64,000 nucleotides of DNA from contig JAHHIM010000020.1 in the NCBI GenBank assembly GCA_019358915.1, forward strand, positions 16,388 through 80,387, written 5' to 3'. The notes beneath the pieces were generated by a model. That model did not search any database, was not told the DNA's origin, and saw nothing but the letters and a program-made list of their open reading frames with translations. This DNA is from Trichormus sp. ATA11-4-KO1. Its GTDB lineage: Bacteria > Cyanobacteriota > Cyanobacteriia > Cyanobacteriales > Nostocaceae. A program made the translations under genes and the position numbers. Positions 10,497 through 19,328 of the stretch are shown here, in pieces. Numbering within the stretch: position 1 is the stretch's first letter; each line of letters starts with the position of its first letter.

Positions 10497-11753
10497 ATGA
10501 ATATATTTGAAAAATGTGAATCAAACGTCAGGAGCTATTGCCGTAATTTTCCCGACATCTTTCATAGAGCTAAAGGTTCTCTCATTTATTCTGACTCAGG
10601 TAGAGAGTATATTGATTTTTTTGCGGGAGCAGGTGCTTTAAATTATGGACATAATCATGACTATATCAAACAAAAGGTCATCTCATATTTAGAAGCTGAT
10701 GGCATAGCACATGGTTTAGATATGTATACTTCAGCCAAGGAGAAGTTTTTATCCAAATTTCATGAAATTGTCTTAACTTCAAAAAAACTCGATTATCGCG
10801 TTCAGTTTTGTGGTCCAACAGGAACAAATGCAGTAGAAGCGGCTTTAAAACTAGCGAGAAAAGTCAAACAAAGAACAGGCATATTCTCCTTCATGGGAGC
10901 ATATCATGGCATGACATTAGGCAGCCTATCTATTAGCGGCAACACTACAATTAAATCGAGTGCAATTGGTACATCCAGTAATGTCACATTTATGCCTTAT
11001 CCCTATGGATTCATGGCAAGTTTTGATACAATAGAATATATAGAGTCGGTGTTAAATGATGTCAACTCCGGAATTGAAAAACCAGCAGCAATCATCTTTG
11101 AAACAGTGCAAGCTGAAGGTGGAGTTGTTGTCGCTCCTATTGAATGGATGCAAAGATTAAGAAATTTGTGTGACGAGAATGATATTTTATTGATCTGTGA
11201 TGATATTCAAGTCGGCTGTGGTCGAACTGGCTCTTTCTTTTCTTTTGAAAGAGCAGATATTATTCCTGATATGGTAGTACTTTCTAAATCTATTAGTGGA
11301 TATGGTTTTCCCATGTCACTATTATTGATTAAACCAGAATTAGATATCTGGGAACCGGGTGAACATAATGGCACTTTTCGGGGTAATCAATTAGCATTTA
11401 TCGGCGCAACAGCAGCTTTAGAGTATAGAGAAAGTAGTAATCTTGAACAAGATGTCAAAGGTAAAGAGCTTCTTTTAAAAAAATTTCTTACTCAAGAAAT
11501 AGCGCCAATCAATGAAAATATAGCTATACGTGGAATTGGTATGATTTGGGGTATTGATGTAAAAAATTTTGGGGGTCAGAGTTTCGCCAAAAGTATCACA
11601 TCGCGTTGCTTTGAATTAGGTGTAATAGTTGAATGTGCAGGTAGAAATGATACTGTAATTAAAATTTTACCACCTTTGATAATTGATACAACCACCTTAG
11701 AAAAGGGTTGCTCAATTATTAAAAAAGCTTTTGATGATTGCTTGTCAAATTAA
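10497..11753 (+). CDS. ectB: Diaminobutyrate-2-oxoglutarate transaminase (EctB/PvdH-like, class III PLP), supplying 2,4-diaminobutyrate
   Basis: ESNVRSYCR, FFAGAGALNYGHN, GPTGTNAVEAALK, DDIQVGCGRTG, LSKS and GEHNGTFRG. Start MNIFEK at 10497 preferred to 10422. No ectA or ectC in the window, so a homolog rather than an ectoine operon. Confidence 0.88.
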   Translation: MNIFEKCESNVRSYCRNFPDIFHRAKGSLIYSDSGREYIDFFAGAGALNYGHNHDYIKQKVISYLEADGIAHGLDMYTSAKEKFLSKFHEIVLTSKKLDYRVQFCGPTGTNAVEAALKLARKVKQRTGIFSFMGAYHGMTLGSLSISGNTTIKSSAIGTSSNVTFMPYPYGFMASFDTIEYIESVLNDVNSGIEKPAAIIFETVQAEGGVVVAPIEWMQRLRNLCDENDILLICDDIQVGCGRTGSFFSFERADIIPDMVVLSKSISGYGFPMSLLLIKPELDIWEPGEHNGTFRGNQLAFIGATAALEYRESSNLEQDVKGKELLLKKFLTQEIAPINENIAIRGIGMIWGIDVKNFGGQSFAKSITSRCFELGVIVECAGRNDTVIKILPPLIIDTTTLEKGCSIIKKAFDDCLSN

Positions 11754-11799
11754 ATTGACATCCGTTCACACTTCAAAAAAACACTTATCAGGAGAAAAT

Positions 11800-14568
11800 A
11801 TGATGCAGACATCATACTTTAATGACTTATTATCTCAAAGAATTTACTGGCTAAATAAGTTGTCAGGAGAACTACCAGAAACAAATCTGATGCTGGATTT
11901 TGTCAGACCTTTAGTTTCTAGTAATAAAAACAAATCTCTTAGCTTTAACTTATCAAATGACTTATCTCAAGCCATTATTAAGTTAACTCAAGGTTCTTAC
12001 TTTTCCACTTACTGGGTACTAGTATCTGCATTGAATATCTTGCTGCAAAAATACACTCAAAATAATGATGTTATTGTGGGAATACCTATATATGAACAAA
12101 TTGGTACAGATTGTGTAAGTAGCAAAGTAATTCCTTTGAGGACTCAGGTAAATCCCCAAGTTTTATGCAAAGATTATCTTTTAACAGTTAAAAAGGAAAT
12201 TATCAGTGCTTTCAACAATCAAAACTATCATTTTGATGAATTAATTCAGTTGTTATATCTGCCTACAGTTCCTAATCGTTGCTCACTCTTTGATATAGTA
12301 ATTTTATTGGAAAATATTCATGATAAAAAGCATTTAGGTCAGCTTAATAATGATATTACAATTTCCTTTTCAGTCAACCCTGAAGGTATTAATGGCTATA
12401 TTGAGTATAAAGAAGATTTATTTAAAGATGAAAATATAAAATTGGTAAGTAGATATTATACTAATGTTATTGCAAATCTGATTGATAACTTAAATGTCAA
12501 AATATCGGATATTGCTTTATTAAAAGACGCAGATAAACACCAGCTATTAACAAAATTCAATGACAATAGTAAAGACTATCCAATTGAGCAGACAATTAAT
12601 CAATTATTTGAACAGCAGGTAGCCAAAAATCCCAACAAAATAGCTGTTATTCATAACTCAAACAAATTAACTTATCAAGAACTCAATCAAAAAGCTAACC
12701 AAATTGCCAAATTATTGCGGAAATCAGGAATTAAGAAAGGTGAGTTTGTAGGAATTTTTAAAAGCCGTGATCTCAATTTTTTGGTAGCGATTCTGGCAGT
12801 ATATAAAGCAGGTGGAGCATACGTACCTATTGATAGTACTTATCCGCCAAATCGAATTCAATATATGCTATCTAATAGCAATGTCAGGTTTTTATTCACA
12901 GATTTTTCACTACTAAATGTTTTAGAACAATTGGTGGGAGAGTGTGAAAAATTGGAGTCTATTATTTGTTTAGATGATGTAACTCCTGAACATCTATCGC
13001 TTACAAATCAGTCTAATTTAAATATATATAATAAATATAATTATTATCAGTTACCTCATGACAACATAGAAAATATTAATAATGCTGTAGACCCAGCTTA
13101 TATGCTTTATACTTCTGGGTCTACAGGACTACCCAAAGGGGCAATTGTCAGACATGACGGTGCAATTAATCATATTTATGCTCAATTTGATGCTTTAGAA
13201 TTAAATGAAGAGTTTTGTTTCCTGCAAAGTGCGCCTGCTTCAACTGATATTTCTGTTTGGCAATTTCTGGCACCAATTTTAATTGGAGGAAAGACTGTAA
13301 TTATCGATATTGAAACTGTGGCAATTCCTGAAAAATTATTTAAAGTAATTAAATCCGAGAAAATTACAGTTGTAGAATTAGTACCAACATTATTTGGAGG
13401 TTTACTAGAGTATACTTCCCAACTACGAAGCCATGAAAGAGTATTACCAGATTTAAAGTGGATGATGTTATCTGGTGAATCTGTTTCAATTCAATGGGTA
13501 AATAAATGGTTGGAAATGTACCCAGAAATTAAAATTGCTAATGCTTATGGACCGACAGAGGCCTCTGATGATATTACTCAATTAATTGTGGACAAGCCTT
13601 TTCCTGAGAACCAAAGAACAGTTCCCATTGGTAAACCATTAGCCAACTTAAATCTCTATATTTTAGATGAGGAAATGCAATTATTACCTATTGGCGCTCC
13701 TGGAGAAATTTGTGTATCGGGAATTGGTGTAGGTAATGGATACTGGAAAAACGAAGAAAAAACCAAATTAAGTTTTGTTCCTAACCCCTTTACAGATGCT
13801 AATAATGATTTCCCGGGAAATTGCAGAGATTTAATTTATAAAACTGGAGATTTAGGAAGATGGCTACCTGATGGCAATATTGAATTTCTGGGACGTATTG
13901 ATCATCAGGTAAAAATTCGTGGTTTTCGGGTAGAATTGGGTGAAATTGAAACGTTTTTAGGTCAACATCCACTCGTACGTGAAAATATAGTTTTAGTTCA
14001 GCAAGAAGAAACAGGTAACGCTCAATTACTTGCTTATGTGGTGGCAAAAACGGAAGTAGTTCCTAGTATTAGTGAATTGCGTAGCTTTTTGAAGGAAAAA
14101 TTACCTGATCACATGATTCCTTCTATTTTTGTAATGTTGGAAAATCTTCCGTTGGCACCAAGTGGTAAAGTAGACCGTAAAACTTTACCTCAAGCAGATA
14201 ATCTGCGTCCGGAACTAGAAACAGCTTATATATCTCCGCGAAATGAGATAGAGCGAATAGTTGCCGATATTTGGCAGAAAATACTGAAAGTAGAAAAAGT
14301 CGGTATTCAAGATAACTTTTTTGACCTTGGTGGTCATTCGCTAAATATGCTTCAGGTTTACAGTAAACTGCGGGAACTTTTTAAAGCTGACTTAGCAATA
14401 ACTGATCTGTTTAAATATCCCACAATTAACTCAATATCTAGATATTTAAGTCAAGAAGAAGATAATAATATCCTTGACAAACAAAGTAATGAATTAAACG
14501 AAGAATTGGCAGTAGGCAAAATTAGATTAAAACAACGATTTTTACGCAATCAACAACAAAATACCTAA
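11800..14568 (+). CDS. NRPS (half C domain)-A(Dab-like)-T
   Basis: Begins at YWLNKLSGELP (C-terminal lobe of a C domain only). A pocket DIWEMSADD resembles the pyoverdine Dab pocket DIWELTADD; T GGHSL. AGGAG precedes ATG 11800. Confidence 0.85.
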   Translation: MMQTSYFNDLLSQRIYWLNKLSGELPETNLMLDFVRPLVSSNKNKSLSFNLSNDLSQAIIKLTQGSYFSTYWVLVSALNILLQKYTQNNDVIVGIPIYEQIGTDCVSSKVIPLRTQVNPQVLCKDYLLTVKKEIISAFNNQNYHFDELIQLLYLPTVPNRCSLFDIVILLENIHDKKHLGQLNNDITISFSVNPEGINGYIEYKEDLFKDENIKLVSRYYTNVIANLIDNLNVKISDIALLKDADKHQLLTKFNDNSKDYPIEQTINQLFEQQVAKNPNKIAVIHNSNKLTYQELNQKANQIAKLLRKSGIKKGEFVGIFKSRDLNFLVAILAVYKAGGAYVPIDSTYPPNRIQYMLSNSNVRFLFTDFSLLNVLEQLVGECEKLESIICLDDVTPEHLSLTNQSNLNIYNKYNYYQLPHDNIENINNAVDPAYMLYTSGSTGLPKGAIVRHDGAINHIYAQFDALELNEEFCFLQSAPASTDISVWQFLAPILIGGKTVIIDIETVAIPEKLFKVIKSEKITVVELVPTLFGGLLEYTSQLRSHERVLPDLKWMMLSGESVSIQWVNKWLEMYPEIKIANAYGPTEASDDITQLIVDKPFPENQRTVPIGKPLANLNLYILDEEMQLLPIGAPGEICVSGIGVGNGYWKNEEKTKLSFVPNPFTDANNDFPGNCRDLIYKTGDLGRWLPDGNIEFLGRIDHQVKIRGFRVELGEIETFLGQHPLVRENIVLVQQEETGNAQLLAYVVAKTEVVPSISELRSFLKEKLPDHMIPSIFVMLENLPLAPSGKVDRKTLPQADNLRPELETAYISPRNEIERIVADIWQKILKVEKVGIQDNFFDLGGHSLNMLQVYSKLRELFKADLAITDLFKYPTINSISRYLSQEEDNNILDKQSNELNEELAVGKIRLKQRFLRNQQQNT

Positions 14569-14591
14569 CAAATAATTAGTAATATACAATT

Positions 14592-17500
14592 ATGAAAGTC
14601 TCAGCAGATTTAAGTAATATAACTGGTTTAGAAATAGCGATTATTGGTATGAGTGGCTGTTTTTCTGGCGCTCAAAATATTGAGGAGTTTTGGCAAAATC
14701 TGCGAGATGGAGTGGAATTAATCCATAGATTTTCCGATCAAGAATTAGAAAAATTAGGTATAGAAGCTGCCTTATTAAAAGACCCAAATTATGTTAAAGC
14801 CGAGGGTGTAGTTAATGGTATAGACTTATTTGATGCTTCATTCTTCGACATCAGTCCGAGGGAAGCTGAAGTTATGGACCCTTCACTGCGTTTTTTCTTG
14901 GAACATTCATGGAAAGCACTTGAAGACGCAGGTTATAGCTGTGAAGCCTATAAAAAACCAATTGCAGTCTATGCCGGTGCAAGTTTTGACAGTTATCTAC
15001 TTAATATATATTCAAATTACGAGCTTGTAGCCTCTCTTGGTGATAGACAGATAGAAAAAGGAACTTCTCCAAGTTGTGTTACTACACTTACTTCTTATAA
15101 ATTAAACTTACAAGGGCCGAGTTATACAGTTCAAACCACCTGCTCCAGCTCATTAGTTGCTGTACATTTAGCTTGTCAAAGTTTGCTCAGTGGTGAGTGT
15201 AATATTGCTTTAGCCGGAGGAGTTTCAATATCGACAGCAGATGGTTATTTATATCAAGAAGGAGGAATTGAATCACCCGATGGACATTGCCGTGCTTTTG
15301 ATGCAAAAGCTGCGGGAACCGTCAGAGGCAGGGGTTTAGGTGTTATCGTTCTCAAGCGTTTAGAAGAAGCGATCGCCGATGGAGATACCATCCATGCTAT
15401 TATTAAAGGCTCTGCTATTAATAACGATGGGTCAGATAAAGTTAGCTACACGGCACCCAGCGTCAATGGTCAAGCCAAGGTAATTAGAGCCGCTCAGGTA
15501 ATGGCTGAGGTCGAACCCGATACCATTACCTATATCGAAGCACACGGCACTGGAACTGCTTTAGGTGATCCCATTGAAATATCTGCGTTAACACAAGCTT
15601 TTCGGACTAAAACACTCAAAAAAGGCTTTTGTGGCATTGGTTCTGTGAAAACTAACATAGGACATTTAGATGCAGCTGCAGGAATCGCAGGTTTGATTAA
15701 GACTGTACTAGCTTTAAAACACAAACAAATTCCGCCTAGTTTGAACTTTGAAGAACCATCACCCCAAATAGATTTCGCCAATAGTCCTTTTTATATCAAT
15801 CACAAATTATCTGAGTGGAAAACTAACGGTATCCCTCGCCGTGCAGGTGTTAGTTCCTTCGGTTTTGGCGGCACAAATGCCCATGTGATTTTGGAAGCAG
15901 CTCCAGTAATTGAACCCTCCAGTCCTTCTCGTCCCTGGCAATTATTATTACTTTCAGCTAAGACGAATACAGCACTGGAAACTGCTACCGAAAATCTGGC
16001 TAATCATCTCAAAAAGCATCCAAATTTAAATCTCGCTGATGCTGCTCATACTTTGCAAGTGGGGCGCTGGACTCTGAATCATCGCCGCATGGTAGTTTGC
16101 CAAAATCAAGAAGATGCAATTAAGGCACTGCAAGACCCGCAAAGAGCATTCATCCATTATCAAGAACCTTGTAATCGCCCAGTTGCGTTTATGTTTTCTG
16201 GGCAAGGTTCGCAATATGTAAATATGGGTCGGGAATTATACGACAGCGAAATTATATTTAGAGAACAAGTTGATTACTGCTGCAAACTGCTTAAACCTCA
16301 CTTAAAATTAGACTTGCGTATAGTTCTTTATCCCAACGAAGAAACATCTCAAGCAGCAACACAAAAATTGCAGCAAACAGCAATTACTCAACCAGCCCTG
16401 TTCGTCATTGAATACGCTCTTGCTAAGTTATGGATGACATGGGGTGTACGCCCACAGATGATGATTGGTCACAGTATAGGAGAGTATGTAGCTGCGACTT
16501 TGGCTGGAGTGTTTTCTTTAGAAGATGCTTTATTCATAGTAGCCACAAGAGGAAAACTCATGCAGGAGTTACCTGGTGGTGCTATGCTCTCAATTCAGCT
16601 TCCAGAAAAGGAAGTACAAAAATTCCTAGAAAAAGAAATATCTCTAGCTGCAAGTAATGCGCCTTCTTCCTGCGTGGTATCTGGTACCACAGAAGCAATA
16701 GAGAACTTGCAACATAAATTACAACAAATAGGTGTAAGTTGTAGGCCTTTGCATACTTCCCATGCCTTTCATTCTCCAATGATGACATCCGTCATTGAAA
16801 GCTTTGTGCAATTGTTACAAACAGTCAAACTCAATCCGCCTCAAAGTCCTTTTGTGTCAAACGTTAGTGGAACTTGGATAACAACAGCCCAAGCAACAGA
16901 CCCCAATTATTGGGCAAAACATTTAAGGCAACCTGTACGTTTTTGTGAAGGAATTATTGAGTTAGCTAAAACCCCAGAAATATTATTCTTAGAAGTAGGC
17001 CCTGGAAGGACTTTAAGCACTTTTGTTAAACAACAACAAAAAGCAGAATCTTTAGTACTGACCTCAATGCGCCATCCCCAAGAGCAGCAGTCTGATGTCG
17101 AATTTTTATTGAATAGTTTAGGTAAGCTATGGCTAGTGGGGGTGAAAGTAGATTGGTCTGGTTTTTACTCCTATGAGCGTCGTCATCGCATTCCTTTACC
17201 AACTTATCCGTTTGAACGCCAGCGTTACTGGATTGAGGTAAATAAAAACGCGACTCTGGCTATGAAGCAACAGCAATCGACAGACAAAAAGCCAGATATT
17301 GCTGACTGGTTTTACATTCCTCGTTGGAAAGAATCTACACCGCTCCAGCTTTTTCCCCAAGAGAAACTAGTAGAACAAAAATTATGTTGGTTAGTGTTTG
17401 TTGATACCTATGGAGTGGGCACAGAAATTGCCGAACGACTCAAACAACAAGGTCAGGATGTAATTAGCGTCAAATTTGCAGATAATTTTGCAAAAATTAG

Positions 17501-19328
17501 TGACTGTATATATACAATTAATCCTCAGCAAAGGGATGACTATGATAGTTTGCTGCAAGCATTACAACAAAAGAATTGGATTCCACAAAGAATTGCCCAT
17601 TGTTGGAGCGTTACTCCCAACGATGTTGTATCTAGTCAAGAGCTAGACGAACAAACACAAAATCAATTTTTTGAAGATTTTCAGTATCTCGGTTTCTGGA
17701 GCTTGCTTTTTTTGGCGCAGGCATGGGGAAAACGAGATATTAAGAATTGTTTGAAGTTGATGGTCGTAACTAGTAATTTATATGATGTCACTGGTGAAGA
17801 AAAATTATGCCCCTCAAAGGCAACCTTATTAGGTCCATGTAAGGTAATTCCCAAGGAATATTCCCATATAAATTGCTGTACTATTGATATAGTAATTAAC
17901 TCTGCAAAAACCCTATTAGAACCCAAAGTTTTAAATAATCTCATCCTAGAATTTACAGCAGAGCCAAGTAATGACATAGTTGTCTATCGTGGCAATCGTC
18001 GCTGGATTCAATCCTTCGAGCCTGTGCGTTTAGAGCAGAGCATAGCTGATAAAACTAAGTTAAGGGAGGGAGGGGTTTACTTAATTACTGGTGGATTAGG
18101 TGGCATTGGTTTAGTATTAGCAGAACACCTAGCAAAGACTGTGCAGGCTAAATTGGTGCTGGTGGGACGCAAGCAACTTCCTGAAAAAGATAATTGGTCT
18201 CAATGGTTAGCAACTCATGATGAGCAAGATAAGGTGAGCCAGATAATTCATCATGTGCAATTATTGGAGAGTTTTGGTGCAGAAGTTTTGGTAATTAGTG
18301 CTGATGTAACTAATTTCGCACAAATGCAATCTGTAATTGCTCAGTCAGTAGAAAAATTTGGTCAGATTCATGGTGTAGTCCATGCAGCTGGTGTTGCTGG
18401 TGGAGGTATCATACAACTCAAAACCCAGGAGATAGCAAATAAGGTACTAGCACCAAAAGTTAGAGGAACAATAGTACTCAAGCAAGTTTGTCAGAGAATT
18501 AATCTAGATTTCTTGGTGCTGTGCTCATCTCAAAGCTCTATTTTGGGTGAATTTGGACAGGTTGATTATTGTGCAGCTAATAACTTTTTAGATGTATATG
18601 CCTATAATGTTAATAAATCTGGACTGTTAACAATATCAATCGACTGGGACACTTGGCAAGAAGTCGGTATGGCAGTGGAAACTGTTGTCCCAAATGAAAT
18701 TAAACAAATAAGGGAAAAAGAGCGAAATAAAGGAATCAAGTCTCAAGAAGGAATCGAAGCTTTTAATCGTATTTTGTCAGTTAATCTACCTCATGTTATT
18801 GTATCGACACAAGATTTTGCAGCTTTAATTGAGCATAATAATTCTTTCAAGTATCTCGAAGAAGGATTAGCATCTTTAGAAGATAAATTAGCTTCAACAA
18901 GCCTTTCTCAAGCAATCCATCCCCGTCCTCATCTACGTAATGATTATGTTGCTCCTCGCAATGAAGAGGAAGTAATTGTGGCTCAAATCTGGCAAAATTT
19001 GCTAGGAATTAAACAGATAGGTATTTATGATAATTTTTTTGAATTGGGAGGAGATTCCTTATTAGCCACTCAACTTTTTTCTCGGTTACATAAAGAGTTT
19101 CCAGTCAAACTGTCTTTGCATAGCTTTTTTGCTGCGCCCACTATCATTGAACAAGCCTTAATAGTTAAACAGAGTCACAATTCAGGAGAAAATAGTAACC
19201 TCAAAATGATAGAAAGAATCGAGCGAAGTAATGAACAACAAACATTAGCCAAGCTTGATGAAATTTCTGATCAAGAAATTGAGCTATTACTTAATAATAT
19301 GTTAGCAAGCAAAGAGGCTAACCAATGA
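14592..19328 (+). CDS. Type I PKS module KS-AT(malonyl)-KR-ACP
   Basis: KS TTCSSS, EAHGTGT and NIGHL; AT GHSIG and HAFH; KR TGGLGGIG and YCAAN; ACP GGDSL; no DH or ER. Confidence 0.93.
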   Translation: MKVSADLSNITGLEIAIIGMSGCFSGAQNIEEFWQNLRDGVELIHRFSDQELEKLGIEAALLKDPNYVKAEGVVNGIDLFDASFFDISPREAEVMDPSLRFFLEHSWKALEDAGYSCEAYKKPIAVYAGASFDSYLLNIYSNYELVASLGDRQIEKGTSPSCVTTLTSYKLNLQGPSYTVQTTCSSSLVAVHLACQSLLSGECNIALAGGVSISTADGYLYQEGGIESPDGHCRAFDAKAAGTVRGRGLGVIVLKRLEEAIADGDTIHAIIKGSAINNDGSDKVSYTAPSVNGQAKVIRAAQVMAEVEPDTITYIEAHGTGTALGDPIEISALTQAFRTKTLKKGFCGIGSVKTNIGHLDAAAGIAGLIKTVLALKHKQIPPSLNFEEPSPQIDFANSPFYINHKLSEWKTNGIPRRAGVSSFGFGGTNAHVILEAAPVIEPSSPSRPWQLLLLSAKTNTALETATENLANHLKKHPNLNLADAAHTLQVGRWTLNHRRMVVCQNQEDAIKALQDPQRAFIHYQEPCNRPVAFMFSGQGSQYVNMGRELYDSEIIFREQVDYCCKLLKPHLKLDLRIVLYPNEETSQAATQKLQQTAITQPALFVIEYALAKLWMTWGVRPQMMIGHSIGEYVAATLAGVFSLEDALFIVATRGKLMQELPGGAMLSIQLPEKEVQKFLEKEISLAASNAPSSCVVSGTTEAIENLQHKLQQIGVSCRPLHTSHAFHSPMMTSVIESFVQLLQTVKLNPPQSPFVSNVSGTWITTAQATDPNYWAKHLRQPVRFCEGIIELAKTPEILFLEVGPGRTLSTFVKQQQKAESLVLTSMRHPQEQQSDVEFLLNSLGKLWLVGVKVDWSGFYSYERRHRIPLPTYPFERQRYWIEVNKNATLAMKQQQSTDKKPDIADWFYIPRWKESTPLQLFPQEKLVEQKLCWLVFVDTYGVGTEIAERLKQQGQDVISVKFADNFAKISDCIYTINPQQRDDYDSLLQALQQKNWIPQRIAHCWSVTPNDVVSSQELDEQTQNQFFEDFQYLGFWSLLFLAQAWGKRDIKNCLKLMVVTSNLYDVTGEEKLCPSKATLLGPCKVIPKEYSHINCCTIDIVINSAKTLLEPKVLNNLILEFTAEPSNDIVVYRGNRRWIQSFEPVRLEQSIADKTKLREGGVYLITGGLGGIGLVLAEHLAKTVQAKLVLVGRKQLPEKDNWSQWLATHDEQDKVSQIIHHVQLLESFGAEVLVISADVTNFAQMQSVIAQSVEKFGQIHGVVHAAGVAGGGIIQLKTQEIANKVLAPKVRGTIVLKQVCQRINLDFLVLCSSQSSILGEFGQVDYCAANNFLDVYAYNVNKSGLLTISIDWDTWQEVGMAVETVVPNEIKQIREKERNKGIKSQEGIEAFNRILSVNLPHVIVSTQDFAALIEHNNSFKYLEEGLASLEDKLASTSLSQAIHPRPHLRNDYVAPRNEEEVIVAQIWQNLLGIKQIGIYDNFFELGGDSLLATQLFSRLHKEFPVKLSLHSFFAAPTIIEQALIVKQSHNSGENSNLKMIERIERSNEQQTLAKLDEISDQEIELLLNNMLASKEANQ

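Noticed and set aside
10422..11753. Ectoine biosynthesis operon
   Set aside because: No ectA or ectC; the gene is embedded beside Dab-type A domains.
9025..14568. One NRPS broken by frameshift or gene insertion (pseudogene)
   Set aside because: The free C already has both lobes and the half C is an additional lobe. The layout recurs at 28363-31700 with intact ORFs.
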